DNA of 64,000 nt from assembly GCA_030141605.1 (NCBI GenBank), contig JAQGDQ010000004.1:744001-808000 (forward strand), written 5' to 3'. The notes under the pieces were generated by a model. That model searched no databases. It was not told where the DNA came from and saw nothing but the letters and a program-made list of their open reading frames with translations. This stretch comes from Tubiluchus corallicola. Its lineage: Eukaryota > Animalia > Priapulida. The position numbers and the translations under genes are program-made. Below are positions 25,801 to 38,226 of the stretch, piece after piece; within the stretch, counting starts at the first letter, position 1; every line of letters starts with the position of its first letter.

Positions 25801-28800
25801 AAAACTATAAACAGTTAAAACGCACTTGAGATGGCAAGTATATTCATGGAAGCAATGTGATACCCAGAATGTATGAATTCTTGACTCACGTCAAAAAGTT
25901 GGCGCAGCTCTACAAGCTAGTTAGACATAGATGTCAGTCCGTAATCCAACTATATAAAAAACTCCAGTTCGAAAAGCATCCCACAATGGTATTTTTTAAC
26001 TGCCTCGCAGCTATAGGTGAACTACCTTGCGTTTTAAATGGTTTCAGCAATGCTGCATTTTATATACATAATAATGAAGCCATTTCATGATTTTATGAAG
26101 GCATATAATGTATAATAGATTCTGGAACAAAAAAAGTATTCGTTGCATCAATGAGCATTTACTTTTTTCGACGCTTGCATAAAATTCACCAGAGTGTAGC
26201 TTATATTTTCAAACACTATTTTGTTAAAATATTAATTGTTGAAACAAAAATGACTTCATAACTATTGATAATCTTATTGCCAAGATTATTAATAATGATG
26301 GTACAAATCCATAATCTTGATATTAATATTATAAATATTTGATTAATTCAGGCTCAAAATTAATCTACTTGTTTAGAAATCATCCCAGCGTGAGCGATTT
26401 AATATTGAATTGTTAAACTGGTTAGCAACTATAAAGATAAACTATGGACTGCCAAAATCGCTGGAAAACATGCTTGTCCAGCAGTCGTGGCACCTGTCTT
26501 GTAAACATGGCATAACGCAACTGGTTCAAATTCAAACATTTCAACTTTTTTCCTGCTTTCAAGTTTGGTTTCAAATTTAGTTATTTGTGGATTTGTACCG
26601 TCAAAGGAACTCTTGTGTAAATTCTTTTTGCTAAAAACATTACAACAGTTACATACGTACACACTGACTGTACCAGTTGTATGGTTAGCGACTATACCAC
26701 TGATAGCCCTAGATTTTTGTAGTTGTTATGTTGTTTGTAAGACAGAATGTAGCGCATTGCAAATTATTGCATATTGTGATTTAAGCTGCATCGCCTAAAG
26801 GCCAATGCCACTCACCTATTAATGAAACGAGTTGCCGTCAGCGCGTCGACGGCTTGATAGCTGTGGTATGCATGAGTCTCTAGCTATACACTTAACGTTC
26901 ACACAAGCCAAATATGTGACATTGATTACAGCCATAAAAATTTCTCAAAGTTTTTCTAAGAAGCGTATCATTACTCCTGTTCAGAATTTTCTATGGAATT
27001 CATGTATATCAACAGCCAAACATCAACCAGGCGCTAATGTAAATAATTACATTTCCTCTCTCCGTATCAGCAATATGATCACGGTTCTTTTTTTCGTGGG
27101 TTCTGATTCTTTTGCTCTTTTTTAAAGTAGGTATTCGATGATTCATGTTTCTATGTGTGCAACTACTATGGTACTATTTAATGCCAACTATGACAGGCAT
27201 CTCCATAAATTTATCTCCAAATCACAATCTGTATTGAAGTGATTTTTCCTCGCTCTAATGTTGTTCTGATACCTCACGTCTCAATAATTATGATGATTCT
27301 TATTTTAAAACAGCACTGTAGCGATTCTATTTGAGGCATTAACTAAGTAACGATTATATTTCTCACTGGCAGTGCGATGATGATGATGGTAACACAGACT
27401 AATAATTCCTAATGTCAAGAATAGTGACAATGAGTAGAAAATCTGACAATTAAAAACAAGGAAAAAGAAAGGTAACAACGTTTTTAACTAGTACTCTTGC
27501 TCTTGTTCACCAGAATGAGAAGTGCAATGGTAATTCGAAACGTTGTGCCATTTCTTTTTCTTTCTTTCATTATAAGATTTTTTGCTCAACGTGATGATGA
27601 TTTTTCTCATCAGCAACCTGATGATTTTTTCTTATACACCATTATGTAGTACTTCTTTTTGTGAATTGATAAAGCAATCTTCTGTGTTCACATCTGCAAT
27701 AGTGATGTTATTTCGTTCCCTTCATTTCAGTGGTATGGTGATTTTTTTTCGTTTACGTCTACAATTTGGTAATTTTTCATTACGACAAAAATGTTCCGTA
27801 TTTTCTGTACACAAGTCGGCACCCTGAAAGTTAGCACTGGGGATATTTATTATATTGATGGTTGTGGCTGGACTGCAATTCAGCTGATATTAAAATGCTG
27901 AATAGGCTCAATGTATCTCCCGTACGGATTTACGTAAATCCCATTGCAATACTTATACGACAGTTACTAACGACGCCAAGTGTTGTTTAACTGTGGATGC
28001 TAAGCGTACTGTGACATTCAACTAGTTCTTTTCCCTGCATATGCAGTATAATGTTTTTCGCGCCAGAAGCTTGGGGTAGCGTGGTGTGCTGATCTTTTTT
28101 TCACATCTGTTTAGGATTCCCACAGTTGCTGGCAGTCACTTACGGTCTAGTTCGTGGATTAGCAAAAGATGGAATGACAGATTAGTAAGTAATTCGTTTC
28201 AATTATTGTCAAACATCTGTGCCGGAACATGTGCTGAAGTATTTGCAAAAACCTTGAGTTAAATTTACAAATTTTAACTTTGGTATGTCTTCTTCTGGTG
28301 AGCCAGCATGGTATGAAACTTGACTAGGCCAAACGAAGTGTGAATGTTATCATTGGTCAGCGCAAAGGTGCACAGATTTTTGCTAAATTTAAATAGCGCT
28401 TCGCTTGTTTATATTTGCCTAAATGACTGCCGGGCAGCTAAAGAAGCTATTCAACAAAATGACGGTTTTAAACACGGTTTCATAATTCACAAAGTTTGGG
28501 CAAATGGCTATGCAGTAACAAGCATTTTCACGCTGTAGGTAATGGCGTGTGAAACACTTACTTTTACACTGCAACAGTCAGTGCCAGCTAGTAAGAATAA
28601 AATCGTTGTATATTTAAACTGTGTGGCACGATGCACAATGCGACCTTGAGTGTTAATATTACTTGGCATTTCTAAAATTTATGTAATGCCATTAGTTCTG
28701 TTTGAAAGACTTATGTAAAAGAAAATTCTTAAGAATTTAAAATGTTCTCGTCAACTTGTAAAACGGCACTGTATCACCACCCCAGAGTGCAATTCTAGCT

Positions 28801-31800
28801 CACCAAAAAAAAAACACATTATTCGTGTTATTGACAATAAAAAGTAATTCATACTTTTGTCTAGTTAGCGTAGAGTGTGCTAAGAATATTCTGATTATTA
28901 CTCTGCGCGATGCTAGTTAATTAAACTTGCTCGGAGCGACTTATTGTTAAAATCGCTCCGCCTAACAATCATCGCGGAAGTTTAAAGTTACAAGTTTTAT
29001 ACAGCATTGTGCTTACTGCTAATGCAAGCTCTGTATATAAGAAGGCAACATGTACAAGTGATATAAAATTTCGAGGCGATTTTTTTAATCTTTATTCATG
29101 AAGATTTTGCTTTAAATCTATTTCTAAATTCCACATTATATCACTGCTGAGCTTAGGTAAGCCTGCCCTGGTATGTGCGACTGACTACCCAAAATTTGGT
29201 CAACATGCTAAATGACTATTTGAGTTTTGACTTTTGAGTAGCTACGACACCTTTCTGAAACGCTTTTAACTTTTACAGCTTTTGAGCTAGGGTCATAATA
29301 TTTTATTTAATGATATGCGCTATTAAATTGCAATTGATCATTCCAATGTGCTAGGATCATTACTAATAATGATTTTTTATTGCTAATTACTGCAAATAGA
29401 TTTCACAAAGAATGCTGCATCTTGTCAAACAACATGTAACTTAAATATAAAATCGAGTTTAATCTTACTATTACTCAAAGTTGCATTACTACACCATCTA
29501 TAGGTTTGATACAAAAACTTATTATGAGTTAACTAATTCTTAAATTCCACATTGTTGTTGGGCAACCATTTTCACTTCTACGGTGTGCTCCGTGTCTTGT
29601 GTAAGCTAGTGGATCAAAGCACTTTATGATACTAAAACTTTGACTAAAGAACCGGACGGTAAACTTGATTAACTACATTTTCCAACAAGCGTAGTTTTGA
29701 AGTAGCTGATAGGGCGTATCATGGGCCTGTGTAGCACCGACATATCTGAACGTGAATGACGTTTCGTACTGCCATCATGATCGCAACAACGCCATAATTA
29801 TTATACCTTTTTTTACTCTTGTTAATGCACAAGTGAGGAGGCAGCGGGCAAAAATTATTCACCTTTTGATAAAAGCGCTAAAAATTTTACGGCTATAGTA
29901 TTTGACATGGCCTGATAGTTGCGCCAGTGGTAATAGTGGTAGTCGTACCAATACGTTACCTATTACTTGTTTGTTGTATTAATACATTATAATAGCCAAG
30001 TAACTCAATATGTAGAACATTAAAGTCATACAAAGTTATAAATGGCCCTAGTGATAAAAGTATCAGTATTGTTATACAGTGACAAGCTTGCAGTTGCGTT
30101 TCCCATTTTAAGGTGTCAATTCAAACAAATCTTTCAGATGTCTTTCCAAAAGTCAGTACCATAAAGCTAGTTGTGAATACATTACTAAGAATTCTCTAGA
30201 CAGAATTCTTTTGAACGTTAATCTGGGTAGACTTGACGATGAGGATGGCATCAAAGAAACCCTTGAGACAAGCCGAGCTATGCATTACAATCTCGTTATA
30301 TATAAAATGCAGTGTACTGAAAAGCGGAAAAGGGCTTAATTGCTTCAGGATAGTTCATTTGGGAAGGGAATTGTAGCGCTTTGTTCAAAAAACTAAAACT
30401 TGTCCTCCATGGATTCTTCGACAGTTGACTACATCGACCCTCCTAATGGTAGCAGCTCCTTCACCAAAGAGTCTATAATTTTTGCAGAACTGGTGTCTTT
30501 CATTCAGAAAGTCGGACTGATTCAACTGTCACTCCTGTTTTCAAGTTACGCAAATCTTGCCAATATGTACACTTGCCAAAAGAAAAATTTAGGCGCCATT
30601 TTCAAGGAAGAATAAGTTCTGCAAGACTGAAGGACAAGTTGCTAGTAAATATTCCGGAATTAAGGCTCGGTCTTGTGGCAGAGTTGTTCTTCTTGCATAC
30701 GACAAAGACGTAAACCACGTTGCTGATTCTGAGGCGAGAAAGTTGGGAAAAGCAGCTGAAATATTTCGTAAGCACACACGAATTACCTTTCTCCCATCTT
30801 AGGTTGCATTAAGTACCAAATTTTGATTTATGTCCCAGAAGCCTTAAAGTTAGTGATATAGAGCAAAAATAATAGATATGTACGTACGTTCGCACAGACA
30901 TGCAGACTTAATTTCATCAAAACTGTTTAGGGTGACAGTTGTCCCTGATGTGGTGATTATAATAGGAAATGCTTCAGTCAAGTTTTTTAAAATAAATTTA
31001 GCAGTTATAAATGAAGACACTGACACGTATAAAATTAAATACTGCAGATGCCGTACTTTATCTTTTTGATCCGCGTTAGTGAGAAATCTTAGTGATACCA
31101 CTGCTAAATAACAAATACAAGATATAAACTTTGGCAATTATGAGGATTAGACAAATGCATCAGTATAAGAATAAGTATGTAAGATTCTGCTGGAACCAAT
31201 CTAGAACGAAAAAACAGGGTCTAAACATCATCTGCATCGGTCCTTTTATCACAAAATTTTACACTTTTGAACAATTCTGTTTTGCCATTAACTGCAGCAC
31301 TAGTTGATCAGAATTTAACATAATGCTGATTCTTTGCGTGATCGTTTTTGCATTCTTATAATAATTATACCAAATCCATTTTCTGTTTTCTTCGACTCAA
31401 GCCAGCATAGTAACCTAACATTTTAATACACAAATCGCGTGAAGTATTGTTTTATTTGAATTGAAGGAATCTGTGTTATTCTTTACAAGGAGACGGGAGA
31501 AAAGGAAAATGTTAATTAACCAACTGTAACGGTCCATTACTTATTATGCCTTATTGATGCGTAACCTTGTTGTTTTTAGTTGTTGGATCAATGAAGTCGG
31601 GTACCAATGGGTGATTGGAGCTCCTTGTGTTATATCTGTTATTGTAAGTACAATTAAACCTTTTCCTAGTTTTGGATTATGATTGCATTATGCATTTTGT
31701 GTAAACAAGCTTGAAAAATAGAGATGAAAATATCCCTAGTTATCCCCAAAAATCTATGGTAAGCACATCATGGAAAATGAACTGGCCTGCTTTAGTTTCT

Positions 31801-33392
31801 CATTTTGCAGTTATTTTATGATTAAGAGACGAGTGTCGCTCATACTCCTAAAAAATACCCATGAAGTTTGCATAATTGATTGTATCACAGTTTTGTGCAA
31901 TGTTAAATCTGCACCACGAACGCACTGTCTCTTCATTTTCTGCAATGGCGCATTTTTAACTGATTTTAGCTGCGAAATTTCGCCAGTTTCTTTCTTCGTA
32001 AATCACACTGTTTACGACTTTTCAGCTGAATTACACACATATTTTCAGTTCACATTTGAAATTTATTACAGATCTTCCCATCAATATACTTTTCGTTAAC
32101 TTTATTTATGTGCGTCTTTTAAGGAATATCAATAAATTTGTATTTTTTTTCAGGCAAATTTATTTTTCCTTTGTAATATAATGCGAGTATTGGTGCTGAA
32201 GTTGAGAGCAGTTAATGCCCCCGATCCTCATCAGACGTGGTTAGTGTTCGCATCTACTAATAAAAACATTTTGAAAATAATTGAAATTTATTAGTAAACA
32301 ATTATTTGTTGTCACCTGTAATAAACGTATATAGCTGGACACCTGATATTACTTGTCATAATTATTATCAATCATTTTTTCAAATAATTAAACTCATCGA
32401 AGTCTCAATCCCTTTCACTTCAGTTGATTCAGTCTAGTTGCTAGTTCTGAAAACAACTACCCGTTTTATTCACTGTAATAATTACTGTTTTTGATAGTTA
32501 ATTGCTAATACACCTGTTTCAGAATGAGTTAAGGTGCACAAAATCATTTCATATACATGTAACTAAAAAATTTGAAAAATTGATTTAAGTTGGTTTATTT
32601 TTATTTTTAGGAAAGCAGTAAGAGCTGTCCTTATACTCATTCCTCTGCTAGGCATTCATTATTTGTTGCTGGGTTTCCGTCCACCAAAGGGTCAACAAGG
32701 ACAGGACATTTACCTGATAATTTCTGCTGTTTTTTCTTCTTTCCAGGTAAACCATTACTTTTTGCTAGTTAATGTCGTCTTTTAAACACACTTATAATAT
32801 TGCAATATGTCTACTTTCTATGTAAAAAAAGTCTTGCACTGTATGCATATAAACAACAGTAATACGTGTACATGTACTCCTAAAAATATTAACAGTTTCT
32901 ATTTAAGTAGCAGATAATTTAGAGTATTTATCAAACCATAGTAAAAAGTGTCAACAGTGTATTCATATCGAAACAGTTTATTTATATTGTTTATTAATTT
33001 TAGCCTATAGACAGAGCTTTTTCGACAAACAGATTTTGTGTAATGTGGTGCCACAGCCACAATTACAGCAAATAAATAGTATCACGTTTAGTTGAACAGA
33101 TATGTCTCAGTTACTGCTAAATTAAAGTATGACCTGATCATATACATTGGACATTAAAAATTGATTTTTTCAGGGTATGTTTGTTGCGCTGATATTCTGT
33201 TTTTTCAATGGTGAAGTGATTAGGACAATATACACGCACATTATGCGGGATTTATTACGAAATACAGATAAAATATCAGCTAGATACAACAACCAGACTG
33301 TAATAGAAGAGTTACCACGTGGAAGAAAGTCTTTGCAAATGCAACTGCCAGATTCAGAGACTCGACCGATTCATAAAGACTCGGCTCTATAG
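10114..33392 (+). CDS. Class B1 (secretin-family) GPCR, calcitonin/CGRP/DH31 receptor-like; 5'-partial (TM1 to C-terminus, 8 exons)
   Basis: GT-AG exons joined in phase: 10114-10205 (QNKANVNIFIAGYSCSLAFVSIALFIFIYFK), 24662-24788 (QLQCARVTVHKHLFTSY...), 25504-25657 ([32 protein letters not shown]...IGWG), 28115-28184 (FPQLLAVTYGLVR), 31580-31643 (CWINEVGYQWVIGAP), 32154-32239 (NLFFLCNIMRVLVLKLRA), 32611-32746 (KAVRAVLILIPLLGIHY...SSFQ), 33174-33392 (GMFVALIFCFFNGEV...DSAL*). These motifs are diagnostic of calcitonin-type class B receptors. Exons for the extracellular hormone-binding domain were not found in the window. Confidence 0.93.
10814..10843 (+). repeat. (TA)n microsatellite
   Basis: Perfect TA run. 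Confidence 0.9.
10967..11348 (+). repeat. Gypsy 5' LTR (382 bp)
   Basis: TGTAGCGGG...GGCATCACA; differs from the 3' copy by about 5 substitutions and 2 single-base indels, by eye. Confidence 0.96.
11350..11367 (+). promoter_or_regulatory. Primer-binding site, tRNA-Leu type
   Basis: TGGTGTCAGAAGTGGGAT, separated from the 5' LTR by 1 nt, is the reverse complement of the tRNA-Leu 3' end ATCCCACTTCTGACA-CCA. Confidence 0.9.
11491..13401 (+). pseudogene. gag: Gypsy gag, disrupted by stops and frameshifts
   Basis: Capsid-like block LPFFDGENVAWESYEAQFQLLMIANNW...LALKLKGAA and CCHC knuckle CFRCAGWGHFARQC, split over several ORFs. The start position is approximate. Confidence 0.8.
13600..14990 (+). 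pseudogene. pol: Gypsy pol 5' part: aspartic protease and reverse transcriptase N-half
   Basis: ILIDS-GAT protease motif broken by a frameshift near 13670. RT motifs SSAVVLVRKKDGS, YPLPRI, FSTLDLKSGYHQ, KTAFVT, MPFGLMNAPATFER. Cut after LHWRTVL by the BEL insertion. Confidence 0.9.
14991..15688 (-). repeat. BEL/Pao 3' LTR (about 698 bp)
   Basis: On the minus strand it starts TGTTATC right after the purine tract and ends TTCTGCA at the duplicated target. Only one copy exists, so the boundary is inferred. Confidence 0.75.
14991..17010 (-). mobile_element. 5'-truncated BEL/Pao LTR retrotransposon (integrase plus 3' LTR) nested antisense in the Gypsy RT
   Basis: Minus-strand ORFs 16400-16951 and 15768-16316 carry BEL motifs (MADLPPER, GIDVFGP, FTCFTT-like YTCFTTRAVHIE, FAARRG, CDNGTN, GLWERMI, PLTPNH, FWRKW, RPITKL). 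Purine tract GGTGGGGAG at 15697-15689. GTCCT occurs on both flanks (14986-14990, 17011-17015). Confidence 0.9.
17011..19541 (+). pseudogene. pol: Gypsy pol 3' part: RT YLDD, truncated RNase H, integrase
   Basis: Resumes as VLIYLDDVIVYG. RNase H motifs KELLAV, TDHAAL, NADALSR. Integrase HHCC (H...GHYG...CEVC), IDVAGP, HSDQGRNFES, SDGLAER and WHGPY. Several stops and frameshifts. Confidence 0.9.
22191..22572 (+). repeat. Gypsy 3' LTR (382 bp)
   Basis: Direct repeat of 10967-11348, followed by ATAT. Confidence 0.96.
30100..30790 (+). mobile_element. Decayed DNA transposon ORF relic (possibly Academ/CXC family N-terminal region)
   Basis: Frameshifted peptides FAELVSFIQ...LANMY...LG, SARLKDKLLVNIPEL, GRVVLLAYDKDV, EARKLGKAAEIFRK resemble a widespread invertebrate TE protein family; no termini found. 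Confidence 0.4.
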
Positions 33393-33607
33393 CACCTATA
33401 GAGAACTACCAATCATTATTCAACTCTCCTATGAATTACATGAATTTCAAACATCTCTATGCAAGGTGCAAAAGTGACGAATTTAAGAATCTCACAAAAC
33501 AAGGGCTGTTTTAAAATTCTCTTAAATATCAGCTGTACAACAAAAGTTGCTCTTAAAAAGAAATGATAATGTATTGAAATATACTGCGAAAGTTCACGCC
33601 TAGTGTG

Positions 33608-33643
33608 TATTATTTTTATTATTATTATTATTATTATTATTAA

Positions 33644-33694
<51 letters not shown>
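33608..33694 (+). repeat. (TAT)n microsatellite in the presumed GPCR 3' UTR
   Basis: Near-perfect run ahead of AATAAA at 33744-33749. Confidence 0.95.
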
Positions 33695-33695
<1 letters not shown>

Positions 33696-33743
33696 TCATT
33701 TTTTCCAGCCACGCAAAATTTCTTCAAGTAAACTTTGTTTAGC

Positions 33744-33749
33744 AATAAA
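33744..33749 (+). promoter_or_regulatory. Candidate GPCR polyadenylation signal
   Basis: First AATAAA I found after the stop at 33392; others follow near 33788 and 33926. Confidence 0.4.
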
Positions 33750-35604
33750 ACATAGACATTATAGTGGTGAAATATTGTGCTATATTAATAAATAGGTTTG
33801 GTGCCTGGAAAGAGTAGAAACAGTCAGCTTATGTTTTTCCAAGCTAAAACAAACTTAAACAAACCTGTCGCATGGATCAAATCTTACCCATCTTGGGAGG
33901 CAATATGACCTGAATTTTTCAAATGAATAAAAACCCTGTCTGTCCCAAGGTATTTAGTTTCCTATTTGTGAAGTGTTTATGTTGTTAAAAGAGATTGTCA
34001 AATACTATAAATGCATTAATGATAGTTAAGTTTGAACATCCAGTATTTAGCAGACCTGTTAATTTTTATTCACAAAGTTTGTCTGGTGCAATTATCCATT
34101 TTCTATTAACGCTTGGCATTTTGGTCGTAGGATAATAACAACGTTTAATCTTTCCCACAAAATCTTGATATAATGCACAAACCCTTGAGTGAAATAACTG
34201 AGTATTTTTTCCGTAATTTTATTGACAGTTTCTTTGTGACTCAGTCTCTGTATTTTCTGGAACTTTCACTAAACGTGCACTCATTCTTCATCTTTTTTCG
34301 GTTCGTCTATAGATTTTATATTGCAGTGACTATCAACGACCCCAAGTTTGTGAGACTAGGACGCCAAGATGGGGCTACGCGTGCGCTGTCGATCTGTCTA
34401 TTTAGCAGCATTGGTACTTGGCAACCATGTTTTGCTGAGAGGGATTGATGGCCAATCTCAGTTAAAAAGCAACACAGCAGTTATTGTTGGAAAAAGTTTA
34501 ATGATCATTTTCTAATATTTTCGTGTCATTTAATATAATCCACTTTTTGACTAAAAAGTAAAGTTTAATCAAAACAGACGAGATGTTAATTATTTTGATT
34601 AGTTTTTTTAATTGTGTACCATGACTTGACTTCATTTTTGCTTTGTATTTATTTCCGTACTATTTTTTTGTTGGTTTGATTTTTGTTAATTCGCAATTTT
34701 TGTTTGCAAAATTTGCAACTTAATTTTTTAGTTTATAAGTGGATTTTGGTATTTACCTTTTGCAGCATTATGTCCTAATATTATATCAACAAAGATCTCT
34801 ATACTTTTTGGCAGTATATTTAATGGACAAAGACCATTGTTATTCATGTTAAGATTAGATAATACTAAAGTAGTAGTAATAGTAAAGTAATTCAACAGTA
34901 ATTTGGCACGAGCTTAATTAGCACCCAAACTATTGAGTTTGCAATGACACTTGTCTAGTGACTTAATGGGCCTGCATAATAATCTAGTCATTGTATATTT
35001 TTCTTTTGTAGCTAATTATTTATTTAGATAATTACTTGGAATTGTTGTGCTTGCTTCAGCATTAGGTAAATGAATGAGCATTAAAAGCTGATTTAGCCTG
35101 TTATGTACGTGATAATTATATACCCGTATTGTCCTTATTTTAAAGTAATGTACATAAAAACTATAACAGAATGGGAATTAATGTTTTATGATAGCGGTTA
35201 TAGCAGTTGAACTTAATGTATTAACAGTTGAAAAATATTGTGCTGTATCATATTGTTGTACATATGATGAAATTAAATATAATTTATTAATGCTATTATA
35301 ATAACTGTACCACCACAAGGCACGTATCGTTTATTCTATTGTTATTCTGCAATGTATAACATAATATCAATGTATTTTAATTTAAGTGATAGCAATGCAA
35401 GATGGTATCATAATATCAATGTAGACTTGTATTATGATAATAGAATTTGCTTCATAGCTGCGATTGTCTTCTGTTTCATTTTTCAATACAGCAATTGGCA
35501 GCTAAAATTCGGAATAGCCGGTAATAATTATTTTAGATTATTATTTATTTAGCAGAGCCAGGTATTGTGTATTGTTCGATAATAGTTCAATTAGCATTTA
35601 ATAT

Positions 35605-35904
35605 TGTTGCGAAACCCTCGACTGGGAATCTCCAGGGGGTCGAGGCAGCTTTCTTATGACCTCGCTGCATCCCACCATGTAGAAATGCACAAGTCAGCCT
35701 TTCTATGACCTCGCTGCATCCCACCAGGTAGAAGTGCACAAGAAAGAAAGACGTAAGATTATCAACTAGGTTCTAACTATGCCATACTTACCAAAATGAC
35801 ATCCGCTACACCCACGACAGAGACGTAGAAAACTACTTGTTCACTTCTTTTATAGTCCATAGCGCGCATGCGCATAGCCAACCGCACAAAACGTGCCCGC
35901 AACA
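35605..35904 (-). mobile_element. Solo LTR (300 bp), family different from the large Gypsy
   Basis: TGTTGCG...CGCAACA termini (7-bp inverted repeat) with ATAT on both sides (35601-35604, 35905-35908). TATAAAA on the minus strand at 35854-35848 suggests the orientation. Internal 49-bp tandem duplication. Confidence 0.8.
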
Positions 35905-38226
35905 ATATCTTTTATTAGTGACCACTTGCATATTGAGGCAGGTTTAAAAATCATGTCCCTTTTCATTAAGAGATTAAAAAATATTAAACCTTAGCCTCGA
36001 AAAACACCTTAAGAAACCTTGCATTGTGCGCGGCAGCTGGTCTTGTTCGTCTGTTTGCAATAAATAAACTCGTTAATGCAAGAAATAAAAAAGCCGAGTC
36101 ATTACAGGAGCAGAGATATTATCCGCAGGTAAGTTAGAACTCGGCGTCATCGAACCACCTATATCATCATCACTATCATATTCATCATCATCTTCGACTC
36201 ATTATAATCATCCTATGTTCAGGCAGCAACTCTAGAAACGAACTGTACAGCTACGCTTGATTCGCTCTGAGTGATGCGAGCAGCGTTTGAAAATTTGACA
36301 ATCAAACACAATAATTTTATCACTAATTTAACCGTTTTTTAAGAAGTGGAGCAACTCGAATCGAGTGCAGACCTAACGAAGCTTTTCTATTTTAATGGCT
36401 TGTTCTCCAATGCCATCTGTTGCAGAAAAGCATAAGCCTTCCAAACTGTACTCTGCTACGTTCATAATTTTCTTTTAATATCTTGGCCGTTCACAAAACT
36501 CTTTAAATATGTTAGCTTAACTATAAAGATATATGGTATGTGTGCAGGTTATGAAATGTAATGTTCAATTTGTAACTGAGATTTGTAAATGCCGTAATAC
36601 TAGTTGCAGGAATTTCATTTCATACGCGTCAAATCTGCAATTAGCAAATATGGTAAGTGACACATTGTAACAAACAAATGTCTTAGCCACGTTTGTGTAT
36701 GTATGTGTATTGCTGCAAAGAGAGAAATAACTAGGACAGTACAACAGACGACAACGCCCAAAAGCAGATTAACAACAATCACCCAATCTTTAATTAGCCC
36801 GACTCAGCGTTGCTCTGTGTATATTAAGACGATCTGAGAGTGAGTAATGAAATCAATAAACATGCAAAAAAATAAAAATAAAGGATTTGCAAATCTCGAA
36901 TATTAAAACGTGGGTGTTATGAAATGGTGGCTCTAAAAGATTAATCTAAAAAGCAAACTTTAAACTTTTTTGGTTAAAAATGTTGCACATTACGACATGC
37001 TCTTAGATTAATAGGTAATCTTTGGCTTTAAAAGTACAATTTTATTCACAGATAAAAAAATAAAACTTTTGCAAAAAATCTTTAATTCAAGGTGATTTTC
37101 ATTTTCGATGAATAGATAGAATAATATTTTTTTCATTTAAATGCATAAAATGCGGAAAAAATATTTTTATTTTATCTGTAAATTAAATTGTTTGACAATT
37201 CAAACCCGAGCAGTGTTGTTAGGTTAATATGTTATAAATTTTAAGTTAATTTATTTGATGATAACAGAGTTTTTTTGTTACTGGAGGGCGCTAGGTATTG
37301 CGTATAATATACCGTACCAGACTGTCTACACCATAATATTATCTATGCTCTGCAGCAATAAAATTGATATTGAATTAAAAATGTGACAGTCATTCAACAT
37401 GATTATGTATATCGAATTCATGGTTATTTTTCACGGCCATTGACAGTAAAAAAAGCAACTCTGTGAACGGATTAATTGCATTCTTTCGCTCGGTTTCTAC
37501 AGGCTTGTTATACTGACACACATTCAACGTAGTTAAACAGTAACAAGAAGTGGAACAGCTGGTAATTAAGCAGGTGAAAACGGCGCTGAACCAGTTTCTA
37601 CCTACCTGACTTTAAAAATGGCGGCTCCACCTTTACTCACTGTAGCTACAGACTTTTAAAGTGATTTTGTTTTTGTTACTTTTTTACTTCGCTGCGCTGC
37701 AATTTCAAGTCAGTTGTGTGTACAAACTGGTATATTTTTACACGGTTTAAATAAAAACTGACATCTAATTTATGATTTCCGTATATATTACGGATTTTTG
37801 CTTATTTTTCAACAAATTAAACGGGCGTTCTTTTTCCCAAAAAGAAATATCACTAGACTTAATTAAAATATTTCATACTTTCTATTGAAAATGTAATTTT
37901 AGCTCCAAGCAGAGGAACACATTCGTTTTCTCTGCCACCTCCATTGCCCTACTAAGGACGCCTAAACACAGTTGTTAATCACTGATGTGTGATACATGTA
38001 CATCATCTGTGGAAGAGATCAGAACGAAAACTATACTGTAGTCAATTGATGTTTTCATAATGCATGAGCGAAGGTCAATTTCATTAAAAAGCACAAGAAA
38101 ACGACGCACTAGCCATTATGTGAACAAACGTTTGGTGGTGTAGAAGTTTAATTTCCAGTGGATTACATAATATATTATTACAGCGACTAATGTGCGTCTC
38201 ACTTTCGTTTAAAATTAAAGAATCAA

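Noticed and set aside
33416-33745. Poly-Ile ORF on the minus strand
   Set aside because: Translation of the (TAT)n microsatellite.
33393-38226. Head-to-head DUOXA gene upstream of DUOX
   Set aside because: No DUOXA-like exons recognised on the minus strand.
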